Part shown: positions 37,790 through 48,908 of the stretch, in pieces
Position numbering within the stretch: position 1 is the stretch's first letter
Layout of the letters: each line of letters opens with the position of its first letter
Source: Octopus vulgaris
Lineage: Eukaryota
Assembly (NCBI GenBank): GCA_951406725.2
Contig: OX597815.1
Span: 159,960,001 to 160,024,000, forward strand
Direction of reading: 5' to 3'
DNA: 64,000 nt
Notes under the pieces: model-generated
What the model saw: only the letters and a program-made list of their open reading frames with translations
Told to the model about the DNA's origin: nothing
Databases searched by the model: none
Made by a program: the position numbers and the translations under genes

Positions 37790-38071
37790 TACTCTCATGA
37801 AAGTTTGATTCATCATCATCATCATCATCGTTTAACGTCCGTTCTCCATGCTAGCATGGGTTGGACGGTTCGACCGGGAATCTGGGAATCCAGAAGGCTG
37901 CACCAGGCTCCAGTCTTATCTGGCAATGTTTCTACAGCTGGATAAGACTGGAGCCTGGTGCAGCCTTCTGGCTTCCCAGATCCCCGGTCGAACCGTCCAA
38001 CCCATGCTAGCATGGAGAACGGACGTTAAACGATGATGATGATGATGATGAATCAAACTTTCATGAGAGTA
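37790..38071. repeat. Fold-back inverted duplication of an RTE tail plus unique flank (~131-bp arms, 20-bp spacer)
   Basis: Arms 37790-37920 / 37941-38071 with two mismatches. Confidence 0.95.
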
Positions 38072-38920
38072 ACTACTAAAAACTTTAGTGAGACTTCAGA
38101 GAGAATTAAAGTAGAGAAGCACCCATTACACTCTCGGAGTGGTTGGTGTTAGGAAGGACATCCAGCTGTAGAAACCATGCCAAATCAGGCTTGAATCTGG
38201 TGCAGCCCTCTGCCTTACCAGTTCCAGTCTAAATTGTCTAACCCATGCCAGCATCGAAAGTTAAATGATGATGATGGAGATGAACAGAATAAAATATATA
38301 ATGAAACTGCAAAAAGTCATCTTTTACTTGTTTAAGTCATTGGACTACAGCCATGCTGGGGCACTGCTTTGGAGGGTTTAGTCCAAAGAAGCACTCCCAT
38401 TACTTATTCTGTTAGACTTTTGCTGAATTTACTAAGTCACAGAGACATAATCAAAACAGTACTTGTCAAATAGTCAAGTGGTGGTGGTGGTGGGGTACCA
38501 CACACACACTCACATGGATACACGCATGCATGCCCGCATGCCCACATACATTTATATACAATGAATTTCCACACAGTTTCCATGTACTAAATTTTCTCAC
38601 AAGGCATTAGTCAGCTCAGAGCTGACATTTAACTGGGGTGCTGTGCAGTGGGACTGATCATGAAACCACATAGTTACAAAATGAACTTAATGGAATTTCG
38701 ATTTTATATGGAGATTAAGAACATTCTGTTTCTGATAAAAGAAATATGTAAGAAAATAATAATCTAATAATTTTTTGTATTTGTTGAAGGCATGGCTGTG
38801 TGGCAAGAAGCTTGCTTCCCAGCCATATGGTTTCAGATTCAGTCCCACTGCATGGCACTTTTGGCTGATCAAAAGCCAAGTGAGCAGATTTGGTAGATGG
38901 AAACTGTTGTGTGTGTGTGT

Positions 38921-39110
38921 ATCATTGGCAATTTTCTATCTCCGTCTTCCCTTCTTTGAAATTTTTCTATATTTCTGATGAAGAGCTCCACTAGAAACGT
39001 GAAATCCTCTTTCTTTCCTTACCTTTCCTGGACATCCAATAACACTGTACTTATTCCACATCCTCGCGTTGTTGTTTTTTCTTGCTTGTTAATGTTTGGA
39101 TTAACTATAT
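38921..39110 (+). mobile_element. Short pLTR-like cassette with compact hammerhead motif
   Basis: TTT-CTGATGA(38975)-AGAGCTCCACTA-GAAACGT-GAAA; inside a split SINE B; ends in (TA)n. Confidence 0.6.
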
Positions 39111-39175
39111 ATATATATATACTGCTCTACATCTTAGAGTTTGCTTCTTCTGCAGATTTATGCTTTCTACAAACG

Positions 39176-39226
<51 letters not shown>

Positions 39227-39979
39227 TACACACATATATATATATATACACATATACACATATATACACATATATATATATATATAACACACACACACAC
39301 ATACACATACCTCTGTGTATCTTTGTGTTTGTGTGCCATCACCATTTAACTGGTGTTCATGTGTTTACCTCCCAATAACTTCGTGGTTTGGCAAAAGAGA
39401 TTGAGATAATAAGTACCAGGCTTTAAAAAAATGTACTTTTGTCTTGTTAGAAATTTATGATAAGAAGTCTGAGATTCAAATCTTTCTTTGACATTGAAAC
39501 TGCTATGATAGAATTCAGGATTGGACACTCTTTAGTAATTTTCTGGTATCACCAACTTCATTCCTATTGCAGAATACATCCACAATTCCACAATTCATTT
39601 TAGAAAAATTGAAAAATGCCTTAACCATTTGAAACTATATTTCTGATGAAATATGCAATATATTTTTTATTAATATTGAAAATAATCAAGAATTTGGTGG
39701 AATTTAGGGAACAAACTTTATTATTAAGTTGGAGTTTGAAACAACTTTAAAAAAAATGTTATTACATAAGATTATGATGGGAGGTTTTAAATTAAATATC
39801 TTCTATTTTTTTGTCTTTTACTTGTTTCAGTTATTAAACTGCACTCCTGCTGGGGCAACAGCATGAAGAATTTTTAGTCAAAGGAATCAACCCCAGTACT
39901 TAGATTTTTGTTTTACTTTAAGCCTGAAGCTTTATCCTATCAGTCTCACAAGCACACACACACACACACACATGTATGC

Positions 39980-40040
<61 letters not shown>

Positions 40041-40085
40041 ATAAATAAATGAAAGAATGGAGTTGAACGACGAATTAACAAAATT

Positions 40086-40180
40086 CCTTTATTTTCGACA
40101 TATGTTTCGAAGGCTGCAAATTCCTAATTTAGAAGGAATAAGGGGTGCATTATGCCGCCTTCTCATCAGGAAAAACAAGG
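40086..40180 (-). ncRNA. Type I hammerhead ribozyme, apparently intact
   Basis: Minus strand: TTTTC-CTGATGA-GAAGGC..GCCTTC-GAAACATATGTC-GAAAA. Stem I TTTTC/GAAAA, 6-bp stem II, palindromic stem III ACATATGT, GUC cleavage triplet at 40099-40097. Confidence 0.82.
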
Positions 40181-40364
40181 AACTTATGTCAGCATCAAGA
40201 TGCATAAAAACTTTTAGATGACTGCCCACACGGAGCCCATAGTGATAATTATCCATAATAAGATAATTCATTCAACTACTCTTATATATATATATATGTA
40301 TGTATATAAATACTGCTCTACATCTTACAGCTTGCTTCTTCTCCAGATTTATGTTTTCTACAAA

Positions 40365-40429
<65 letters not shown>

Positions 40430-41069
40430 TTCACACACTCAACTTTTGCAAACAAATATATATCTATATTTCGTTTGTTCCTCACAGATTCTACATTATC
40501 ATTACTAGAGTTGGTCTTAACTAGGATATTAATGTATACATACCTACTGTAAAGTAGAAGAGTTGTGGACTGTTCTGCTAAGGGTTGCTTAAGTTTTCTG
40601 TCCCACCATGTAAATGAAGAGGCCAGCAACATCTCCAGCTACACTGACACCAATGGCTGCACCTTGAACCTGCATGTATAGTTTTTTGTTAAACTTTACT
40701 ATGTCTTTCTTCAAGGTGGTTCTTATGCTAGCCCCTATTGCATGTGCAATCATTCCTTAAACCTGATTGTTGCTTTGGGAGTCTTTGGTTGGTACAGTTG
40801 AGCCACTCCAGCACTCTGCAGTGCTTTCCTTCACTGCTGAGATGATAGTGGGTGGTCTTCCTCTCTGTGACCTGGTGGGGCAGGATCTACTGAGGTCATG
40901 GTCTAAATAGTCACTGTCATAGCTTAGTCAAAGGAAGAGGCCCAGTTCCCTCGTGTTGACTTCCCAGAACTCTACTTCATTCTCACAGATTATCTCTATG
41001 CATTTCTCTACAGCAAAATTTATGCCTATAGATGGGTAGAGTGAATTTTTTAACTACATCAACGAAGAT

Positions 41070-41826
41070 GAATCACTGGTCAAAAACAAAAGCAGTTATC
41101 TTCCATTTAAAGGTAGGAATAAAACACTAAGTGACTTTGCAGTCATATCAACAATTTCCTGAAGGCTTTACACAAGCAAAGAATTAACTCAAACCTCCAC
41201 AATATAGAATAGTAAAATCTAATTGAAGTGCAAAACAACAAAGAACTGACAATCATAGAAATCAACAAAGGAAGTGCTGTAGTTCTGATGAATGCAGAAT
41301 ACTATAAAAACCTATTATTGCCCATGTTAGAAAACGCTACCTTCTACGAAAGTTTTCAAAACTATAAACAAGGAAATATCTTGCATCCTTAATTCATCTA
41401 CATGGAAAAGGTCTGACAGAAAAAGAAATAGATTATATCACAAATTTTAAATGTAAACCTAGTCCTTTCTATGGCCTACCTAAAATACACAAAAGCCAGG
41501 TAATTAATGAAGCCTGCAAACAATCACCAGGCATATATATCAATATCCAAGCACCTGAAGATTTAAAGTTCAGACCCATTATTGTAGGCCTGGCAAATGA
41601 AATCCACTACCTAAGCAGCATTCTAGAAACCTCTTTTGAAATATATCAGAAGTTTCATTACATTCGATCTAAATATGTTAAACCACCTACTTAAAACAAT
41701 TAATGAATAGACCATCATGATTTCCTGTTGTAAATTGTTGTAAATCTATACTCCAATATCCCACACTACTATAGAATAGAAGCAATCAAATTCTGGCTGG
41801 AAAATTATTCTGAAGAACTTCCAGAG
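41070..41826 (+). mobile_element. Penelope-like reverse transcriptase remnant
   Basis: LTIIEINKGSAVVLMNAEYYK..; GLTEKEIDYITNFKCKPSPFYGLPKIHKS..EDLKFRPIIVG..; VVNLYSNIPH..EAIKFWLE. These match the PLE DKG, FYGLPKIHK, RPI and LY.NIP motifs, with frameshifts. Confidence 0.88.
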
Positions 41827-44800
41827 GGCTTTGATCAGCTCAAGGCTATAGTAGAAGACACTTGTCCAAGATGCCATGAAGTGGGACTGAGCCCGGAACC
41901 ATATGGTTGGGAAGCAAGCTTCTTACCACACAACCATGTCTGTATCTATGAACACTTTCAAATAGGAAGTATTGTATCATAAAACTAGAGACAATTTCAA
42001 ATTAATTGTCTGAAATGGGTTAAATTTAGGGAATTGAAAATAAACAACTAAAACTAAGATATTTAAAATATAACATTATCTGAGGAGTAGACATGTTTAT
42101 TATTTATGAAAAAGAGAAAAAGAAAACTCATTTGATATTAGTGAGCTGTCCAAATGGCAGGGAAATAAAGAGTATATTGGTACCAGAGGTAGACAGATAG
42201 GAAATCAATATTTTACAAAATGCCATATGCATGAGTGAAACAAAGGATGTGAGCAACCAAGGCGAGAAGAAAATAGAATTTCTCTGGAAAGATAATGTAT
42301 GAACTGTCACTTAGGAACCATATTTAATGTTGAGGAAAGATAGACAATAATATAGTGCTGTGGACAAAAGTTGATAATAGCAAATGAACAAATGAATTGC
42401 TCTCACCGTGAAAAACTTTGGATGCATTGTAGAAAAAAGAAATAAAACGAAAAAATAGCTATAACATGTTACATGGTAGTCAAACATAAGCAATAATGTT
42501 GGAAAAACAGATATTGCTGGACAAGCAGGAGATAAATATAATCTGTTGCATGAGGAACATGAACTTGTAAGATAGTGAATACATGTTAACTGAGAATGTA
42601 TAGTGCTATATAGAGACAGTGATTCATGTAGCAACTCAAAAGAGCTGATTCCACTGTTTTGAGCATTTAGTTCTTATAGATGATATTGATGCTGCATAAA
42701 TGATTACTGCAGTTCACCATCAGTTTATCACATTTCGTAATAAATAACTAATATTTAGAATTTATAAGGCAGTGAGATGGCAGAATTGTTAACATGCTAG
42801 GCCAAATGCCTAGCAGCGTTTTGTCTGTCTTTATGTTCTGAGTTCAAATTCTGTTGAGGTCAACTTTGCTTTCATCCTTCTAGGGTTGATAAAATATGAA
42901 TCAGCTGAGCATTGGAGTCAATATAATTGACTTATTCTCTTTCTAAGATAGCTGGCCTTGTACCAAAATTTGAAAATAATATTTAGAAATTATTAATTGA
43001 ATTTTTAGCAGTCTGTACTGCTTTGTACACATAATACAGGAAAACAATAAACTATTTGAAACTTTTAACCCTAGCAGTTGAGGGTGTATTTAATTAAGAT
43101 ATCCCTCTATGAATTATACTTAGTGTATATACACTGTTGATAGGTCAGTTGCCACAGTATTGGTCCTGAGATAACATCTGTTATGAATGAGTGCCACCAA
43201 TGTTATTCAAGAGAAAAGCAAAAGCTGATACAGCTTGGCACCAGTGACGTTGCAATAGATTTCTACATATGAGTAAAGTGGAGCAACGTGAAATAAATTA
43301 GACCCATCTAATTTAAGCAAATATGAAAAAAACATGTAAAATATTCATGATGATGATGATGAGTAGCCGAATGATAACAAAGTACAAAATAGTTAACTCA
43401 CATCTTTGCAATTATGCTTGATGATAATAATGGTAATGGTGGTGGTGTTATTGATAATACTAATGATAGTAGTGGTAGTAGTTGTGGCTAAGGTTACAAA
43501 GAGTGATGGCAATGATTTCAATGAAAATGGTGAGGGTAGGGATGGAGAGAAAAAAATTTTGATTTGGGTTTTGTGAGAAGTGTGAGGGAGGGTGGGGGTG
43601 TCAAGCAATACACGTTATTTTATATGTTGATAAAGTGTAACTAATTTCAGCACCAACCACCAAATTCTGTGATTCTTTCATATACTTCCAGACAATCACA
43701 TTAATAAGAAAATGTTCTAGATAGTTCATCTAACAATAAACATAGTACTTAATTTCTTATCTCTCTGTTTTCTATAGCCAGAAATATTCCAAACTGATTT
43801 ACATCATTCTTACAGCAAGAATAATTCTTCATTTCCTGTGCCTTCTTTCTCGGAAGATGTCAGATCAAATAAGTGTTCTTAATGGCTTTCAGGTCGTAAA
43901 GTTAAAAGAAATTGACAGACATTGAAATCTTTTAATTTCCTTTAGTAATGCATCAGAAACGAAGTGAAATTAGTGAACAATTATGAAGTCCGACTACTGA
44001 CATTTCACTTTAATAACCTTCACCTTGGTAAGAAAATAATTATGTGGTTTGTGTATCCTGATACATTCTAATTTAAGTGTTGTGCTGTATATTAATGAAC
44101 TTTTAGTGCATAAATTATAACTGAGTAATCTATGTTTATGAGTTCCAGTGACTTTTATAACTTTTACAGGAGATGTTTAATAAGAAATTCCAATACTAGT
44201 GATTAAGACTTGCACTCAAATGAAGAAACATTTGAGAAATAAATATACAACTCTTCTAACATTAGGATATAAAATAGTATTATCTAAATCTTAAATCTTT
44301 ATATGTAATTTTACAGTTAGCAATTATCTTGTGGAAGAGTCATTCAAGCCATTTAACTGTTAAATTCAGTCTTAATTCATTTCATGAGGTGTCAAAAAAA
44401 TTTAGTTGTACAACTGCAATGTGATCACAAACACTCCTGAAGTTGCACTCTGTCAGTTGTGTAACAAAGATATTGGTACCCCATGAAATAAATTTCAAGT
44501 GATTGAGAAGAAGATTCATCAAGCCAAGTGAAATTGTAACCATTGCAGATACTGATGTCATGCAATTGGCACTTGTGCCAGTGACACATAAAAGCACCCA
44601 TTACACTTGGAGTTGTTGGTGTTAGGAAGGGCATCCAGCTGTAGAAACCATGCCAAATCAGACTGGGATCTGGTGTAGCCCTCAACTTGCTAGCCCTGGT
44701 CAAACCACCTAAACCATGCTAGCATGGACAATAGATGTTAAATAATGATGATGATGATGCTGTAACAGTTTTGTGTGTTGTTATTTGAACCAGAATGGCT

Positions 44801-45611
44801 ATTTCAGGATGTAATTGATTCAGTTCCAATACACAGTCTCAAATCAAATCACTTGGAAAGCAAGTACAACTCTGAAATCATACAGTGAGGTATCCTTATA
44901 CACATGATTCCCAAAATGAAGAAACTGAATAACAAATGGTTTTTACGAAGACAGATTTGCAAAACGAGCTGAAAATTGGTCAATGAACCATGAACAAACT
45001 ACATGTGTGTATAAATGATTGGGAAAAAATAGAAATTTGACCAACTAGCCAGGAATAGACTACACGATCATTTAACTCTTTAACATTCAGATTACTATTT
45101 CAAATGTAAGGTGTATATTTTTTTAACGTGTTATTTGTTTCAGTCATTAGACTGCAGTCGTGCTGGAGCACCATCATCAACAACTTTAAGTTGTATGAAT
45201 TGATCTCAGTCATCATTATCATCATCATCATCATCGTTTGATGTCTGTTTTCAATGCTAGCATGGATTGGATGGTTCGACCAGGGTCTGGGAAGCCAGGA
45301 GGCAGTACCAGGCTCCAGTCTGATCTGGCAGTGTTTCTACAGCTGGATGCCCTTCCAAATGCCAACCACTCCTTGAGTGTGGTGGGTGCTTTTTACATGC
45401 CACCAGCACAGGTGCCAGCCGAGGCTGGCAATGGCCACGATCGGTTGGTGCTTTTTATGTGCCACCGGCACAGAAGCCAGTCAAGGCAGTGCAAGCATCG
45501 GCCACGTTCGGATGGTGCATTTTAGGTGCCACCGGCACAGGTATCACAACTACAATTTCCATTTGATTTTCTGATGTTAATGTACTTGACTTAATAGGTC
45601 TCCTCAAGCAC

Positions 45612-45658
<47 letters not shown>

Positions 45659-46375
45659 TTATTGAACCTGGTACTTATTCTGGCTGCCTCTTTTGCCAAA
45701 TTGTTGAGTTCATTTTATTTTTAATCAATCATGTATTATCTTGTAGCTTTGTAATTCCAATGATTTGAGTGTTTACTTTTAGAATGACACTGGAGGCTGA
45801 ATCTGGTTGGTTTGAACATAAAATAGGTAGAATATTTGGGCTGGGTATGGCTGGTTTAAATGCTATAGGGTTAAGTGCAGAAAAAGTATATACAAATGGC
45901 ATGTTAAATGAACAAATTGTACAGCAAACAATTTTTCTAAAAAAAATTATATTCCGCCAATAAGCTGAAATTTGAACAACAAATCACAAGTAGATAACAT
46001 ACTCACATAAGTAGCTTGGAGATCATGTATGAATGACTCACTAACATCAATGTACATATTCCATGTAGCCTGCAAATTTTCATATTTCATTATACAGGAA
46101 ATGATATTACTCATATTCTTTGGTAAAGGCATAATCATGGATTGACAGAAGCAAGTTAAAGAAATTTACTACACACAAACCTGCAAAAATTGACTTTGTA
46201 TTTACTAAATAGAATTCAATATCAATTCTAAAATATTCTTTTCTACAATACACAATATTTAGATAAGGGACTTCTTGCATTTGGTGGTGAGGAAGCCAAT
46301 AAGTGAATAAAAGAGCATTTTTTCTCCCTTTAGACATTGGAACTAAACCTGATATGAAAATGCTTTTAACATTTA

Positions 46376-47190
46376 GTTTGACCCTCTGACTGATAACCGA
46401 TGAAGAATTGGTGACCTATGTTTTTTGTTCACCTGTGTATTTAGTATATGTTCGTTTGTATATTTACTACACTTTTTAAAATTATATATATATATATATA
46501 CATATGTCATATTTTCCATTTGTTGCCATTTTATTTAATCCTGAAAATATTATTTATGTAACGCATGTACTCATTAATTTTTTACCCATTTGTAGAAATA
46601 TTCTTGGAATATTTTTGTGCCACTCTGTCTCTTTCCTTTACTCTGCTTCTCTTAATTTCCTTTCTTTCTCTCTCTTTCTCACTTTCTGTCTTTCTCTGTA
46701 ACCTTCCTCCCACTATCACATGACCTGTAACAATCTAAGGCAGCATCATACTTTTTTGCATTACCTTCGACCACACTGGACATGATTTTCTGAGCTCCTC
46801 ACTCTACCTCTCCTGTGTCTATAGTCCTTTAAGTCAGTTTTCATTTCTCCTTCAAGTTACTCACTTTTGTCTTGTCTTGCAGCCCCAAGGCTTTTTGTTG
46901 TATATGCATTATAATTATTAATTCTTGTCTTTGTGTGGCCCTAAGCCTTTATTCTTTTTATTGTTTTGTCCCTTGTTAATTCACTAACGGCCTCATCTTG
47001 AGCTCGTCTTGTTTTATGTTTTGGTCCCATTCCCAGCAATTTCTTGCCACTACCTCCAGAGTGGAAGCAATATTATTGATAATGGCTGAAATTGCATTTG
47101 ACCCTCTGGCCAATAACTGATGAAGAATTGGTGACCTTCAGTGGTTTCAGTTCACCTGTTTTTTATTTAATCCTGAAATATGTATATTTA
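46376..47190 (+). mobile_element. Partial tandem pLTR-like unit with two hammerhead-motif copies 720 bp apart
   Basis: TTTGACCCTCTG..AAC(C/T)GATGAAGAATTGGTGACCT at 46377 and 47097; the second copy closes with AATCCT-GAAA-TATGTA (47175). Confidence 0.55.
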
Positions 47191-47336
47191 TGTAGTTGAG
47201 GTGTATTCTATTAAGAATGTATTAGAGTACAAAAATAGAGCTCATTCACTCTTAGAATTACCATATACCTGGCAGTATTATGGTATACTACCAATTCTAG
47301 GTTTAGGTTTAGGTGTTCCTCATGTGTGAAAAATAA

Positions 47337-47438
47337 AAATGAAAGAATAAATAGAGTCAAAAGTAAGAGGGAGTACAATTCGAAACAGGTGTCGAATTGT
47401 ACTCCCACTTACTTTTGACTCTATTTATTCTTTCATTT
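47337..47438 (+). repeat. Near-perfect inverted repeat whose spacer is a hammerhead stem III (GAAACAGGTGTC)
   Basis: Arms 47337-47381 / 47394-47438 with one mismatch; followed by (TA)n. Confidence 0.85.
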
Positions 47439-47460
47439 ATATATATATATATATATATAC

Positions 47461-47760
47461 ACTAGCTGTATTGCCCAACATTGCTTGGGTTTGTTTTGAC
47501 CCTTAAGAATTGGAATTTTTGTAAAGTAAAAATTTTGCATTATGTAGCTTGTTTAAGTGAACATTTTTCTGGTTGAAATACACTGAAAAATGGCGACACA
47601 GTAGTAAAAAAATCATAAAAAATAGGGATTTTCATAGAAAAAAAGCACCTTTTTGATGTAAATAATTTTTGGTGTTAACATTGTCCAATTTGAATTTTTT
47701 CTTCTATGGAAGGAAGAGCAAGCCTTCTATCATACTCTCAATTTTGGTCAACTTACACTG

Positions 47761-47765
<5 letters not shown>
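47461..47765 (-). mobile_element. Non-autonomous Helitron-like element
   Basis: ACTAG terminus followed by hairpin remnant CCCAACATTGCTTGGG, as at 35843; inserted in (TA)n. Confidence 0.55.
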
Positions 47766-47791
<26 letters not shown>

Positions 47792-47845
47792 GCAAAGTAG
47801 CTAGTTGTAAAATCTCAGTAAGAGATGGGAATAGTAACTATACTA

Positions 47846-48217
47846 ACAAGTAAAGTTAATTGTCACATCAATATGCTTGTTCAATGTTACTACTGTCTTA
47901 ATCCCAGGCAGATCCTCCACCACCTGGTTATAGGTGCACCTTGCACCCTGTACATATATATTGCCTGCAAGGGAGCGAACCCCTACCATCCTTCAGCAGA
48001 CAATGGGATCATGAGACTGACTCAGTTTTGAGCTAGTTTTGCTCATCCTCAATTGTGATCCCATTGTCTGCTGGAGAGTGGTAGGAGTTTGTTTCCCTGC
48101 TTGCAATATATACAGGGTGCAGGCTGCACCTATAACTAGCTGGCAGAAGATCTGCCTGGAGTTACATCAGTTGTAACATTGAACAGCCATATTGACATGA
48201 TGATGACCTTTACTTGT
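47846..48217 (-). mobile_element. Inverted-repeat cassette (~165-bp arms) with degenerate hammerhead in the 44-bp spacer
   Basis: Arms 47846-48011 / 48056-48217. Spacer on the minus strand reads TTGAGGA-T-GAGC-AAAACTA-GCTC-AAAAC-TGA-GTC. Confidence 0.65.
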
Positions 48218-48339
48218 GTGTATGTATATAGTGTGGAGTGGAGTGAAAGCTTTTGAAGAAGCCAGGATAATGCATGCAAGACTCAAGAGATTTAAAGAAG
48301 AATGTTACAATCAAGAAGGTGAATCACAACGACTTCTTT

Positions 48340-48908
48340 CTGTGTCTGGCTAGCAGAGTCACATGATTGATAGGTTACCAGGTGACTGGCTGGCTTCTTG
48401 AAATCAGTGTTCCAAATCAATAGGTTATTTGCATCACAGAACTCCAGGTGCCTAGTTCCCTCTTCATTTTGGGAGTCAATTCCATGGCCCCCATGTGCAC
48501 CATGGAAGATCCCAGGCTGCCATCCGACATGCCTATCAAAATCTCCAGTCACAAATATGAGATCATTATCATTTGCCTTTGAGGTAGTCTGCAGAAGAAT
48601 ATCATAAAAGTGATCCTTCTGATCATTTGGTAGGCCTGCTTGTGGTGGGGTAGGCAAAGATAACTGTAGCTACACTATTCTGCAAGACTAGCTTGAGTTT
48701 AAGCCCTCTATTGCACACCCTGACTACCTCTATGACCTTATCCACCAATTTCTCTGCAAGAAGTTTGCCCACTCTGTCACTGTTACTTTCCCAGAAGAGT
48801 TTATGCCTATATGCTTTGCTTGTGAGGGCCCTGGCTGAAGCTCCTCTCTACCTCTTGTATGCAACATACATCAACAAGCCTCCATTCAAGCACCTCTACA
48901 ATCTCACA
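48340..48908 (-). mobile_element. RTE LINE apurinic-endonuclease domain remnant
   Basis: EIVEVLE..VDVCCIQEV upstream; PQAGLPNDQKDHFYD..FVTGDFDRHVG..HGGHGIDSQNEEGTRHLEFCDANNLLIWNTDFKKPASHLVTYQS. Confidence 0.88.
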
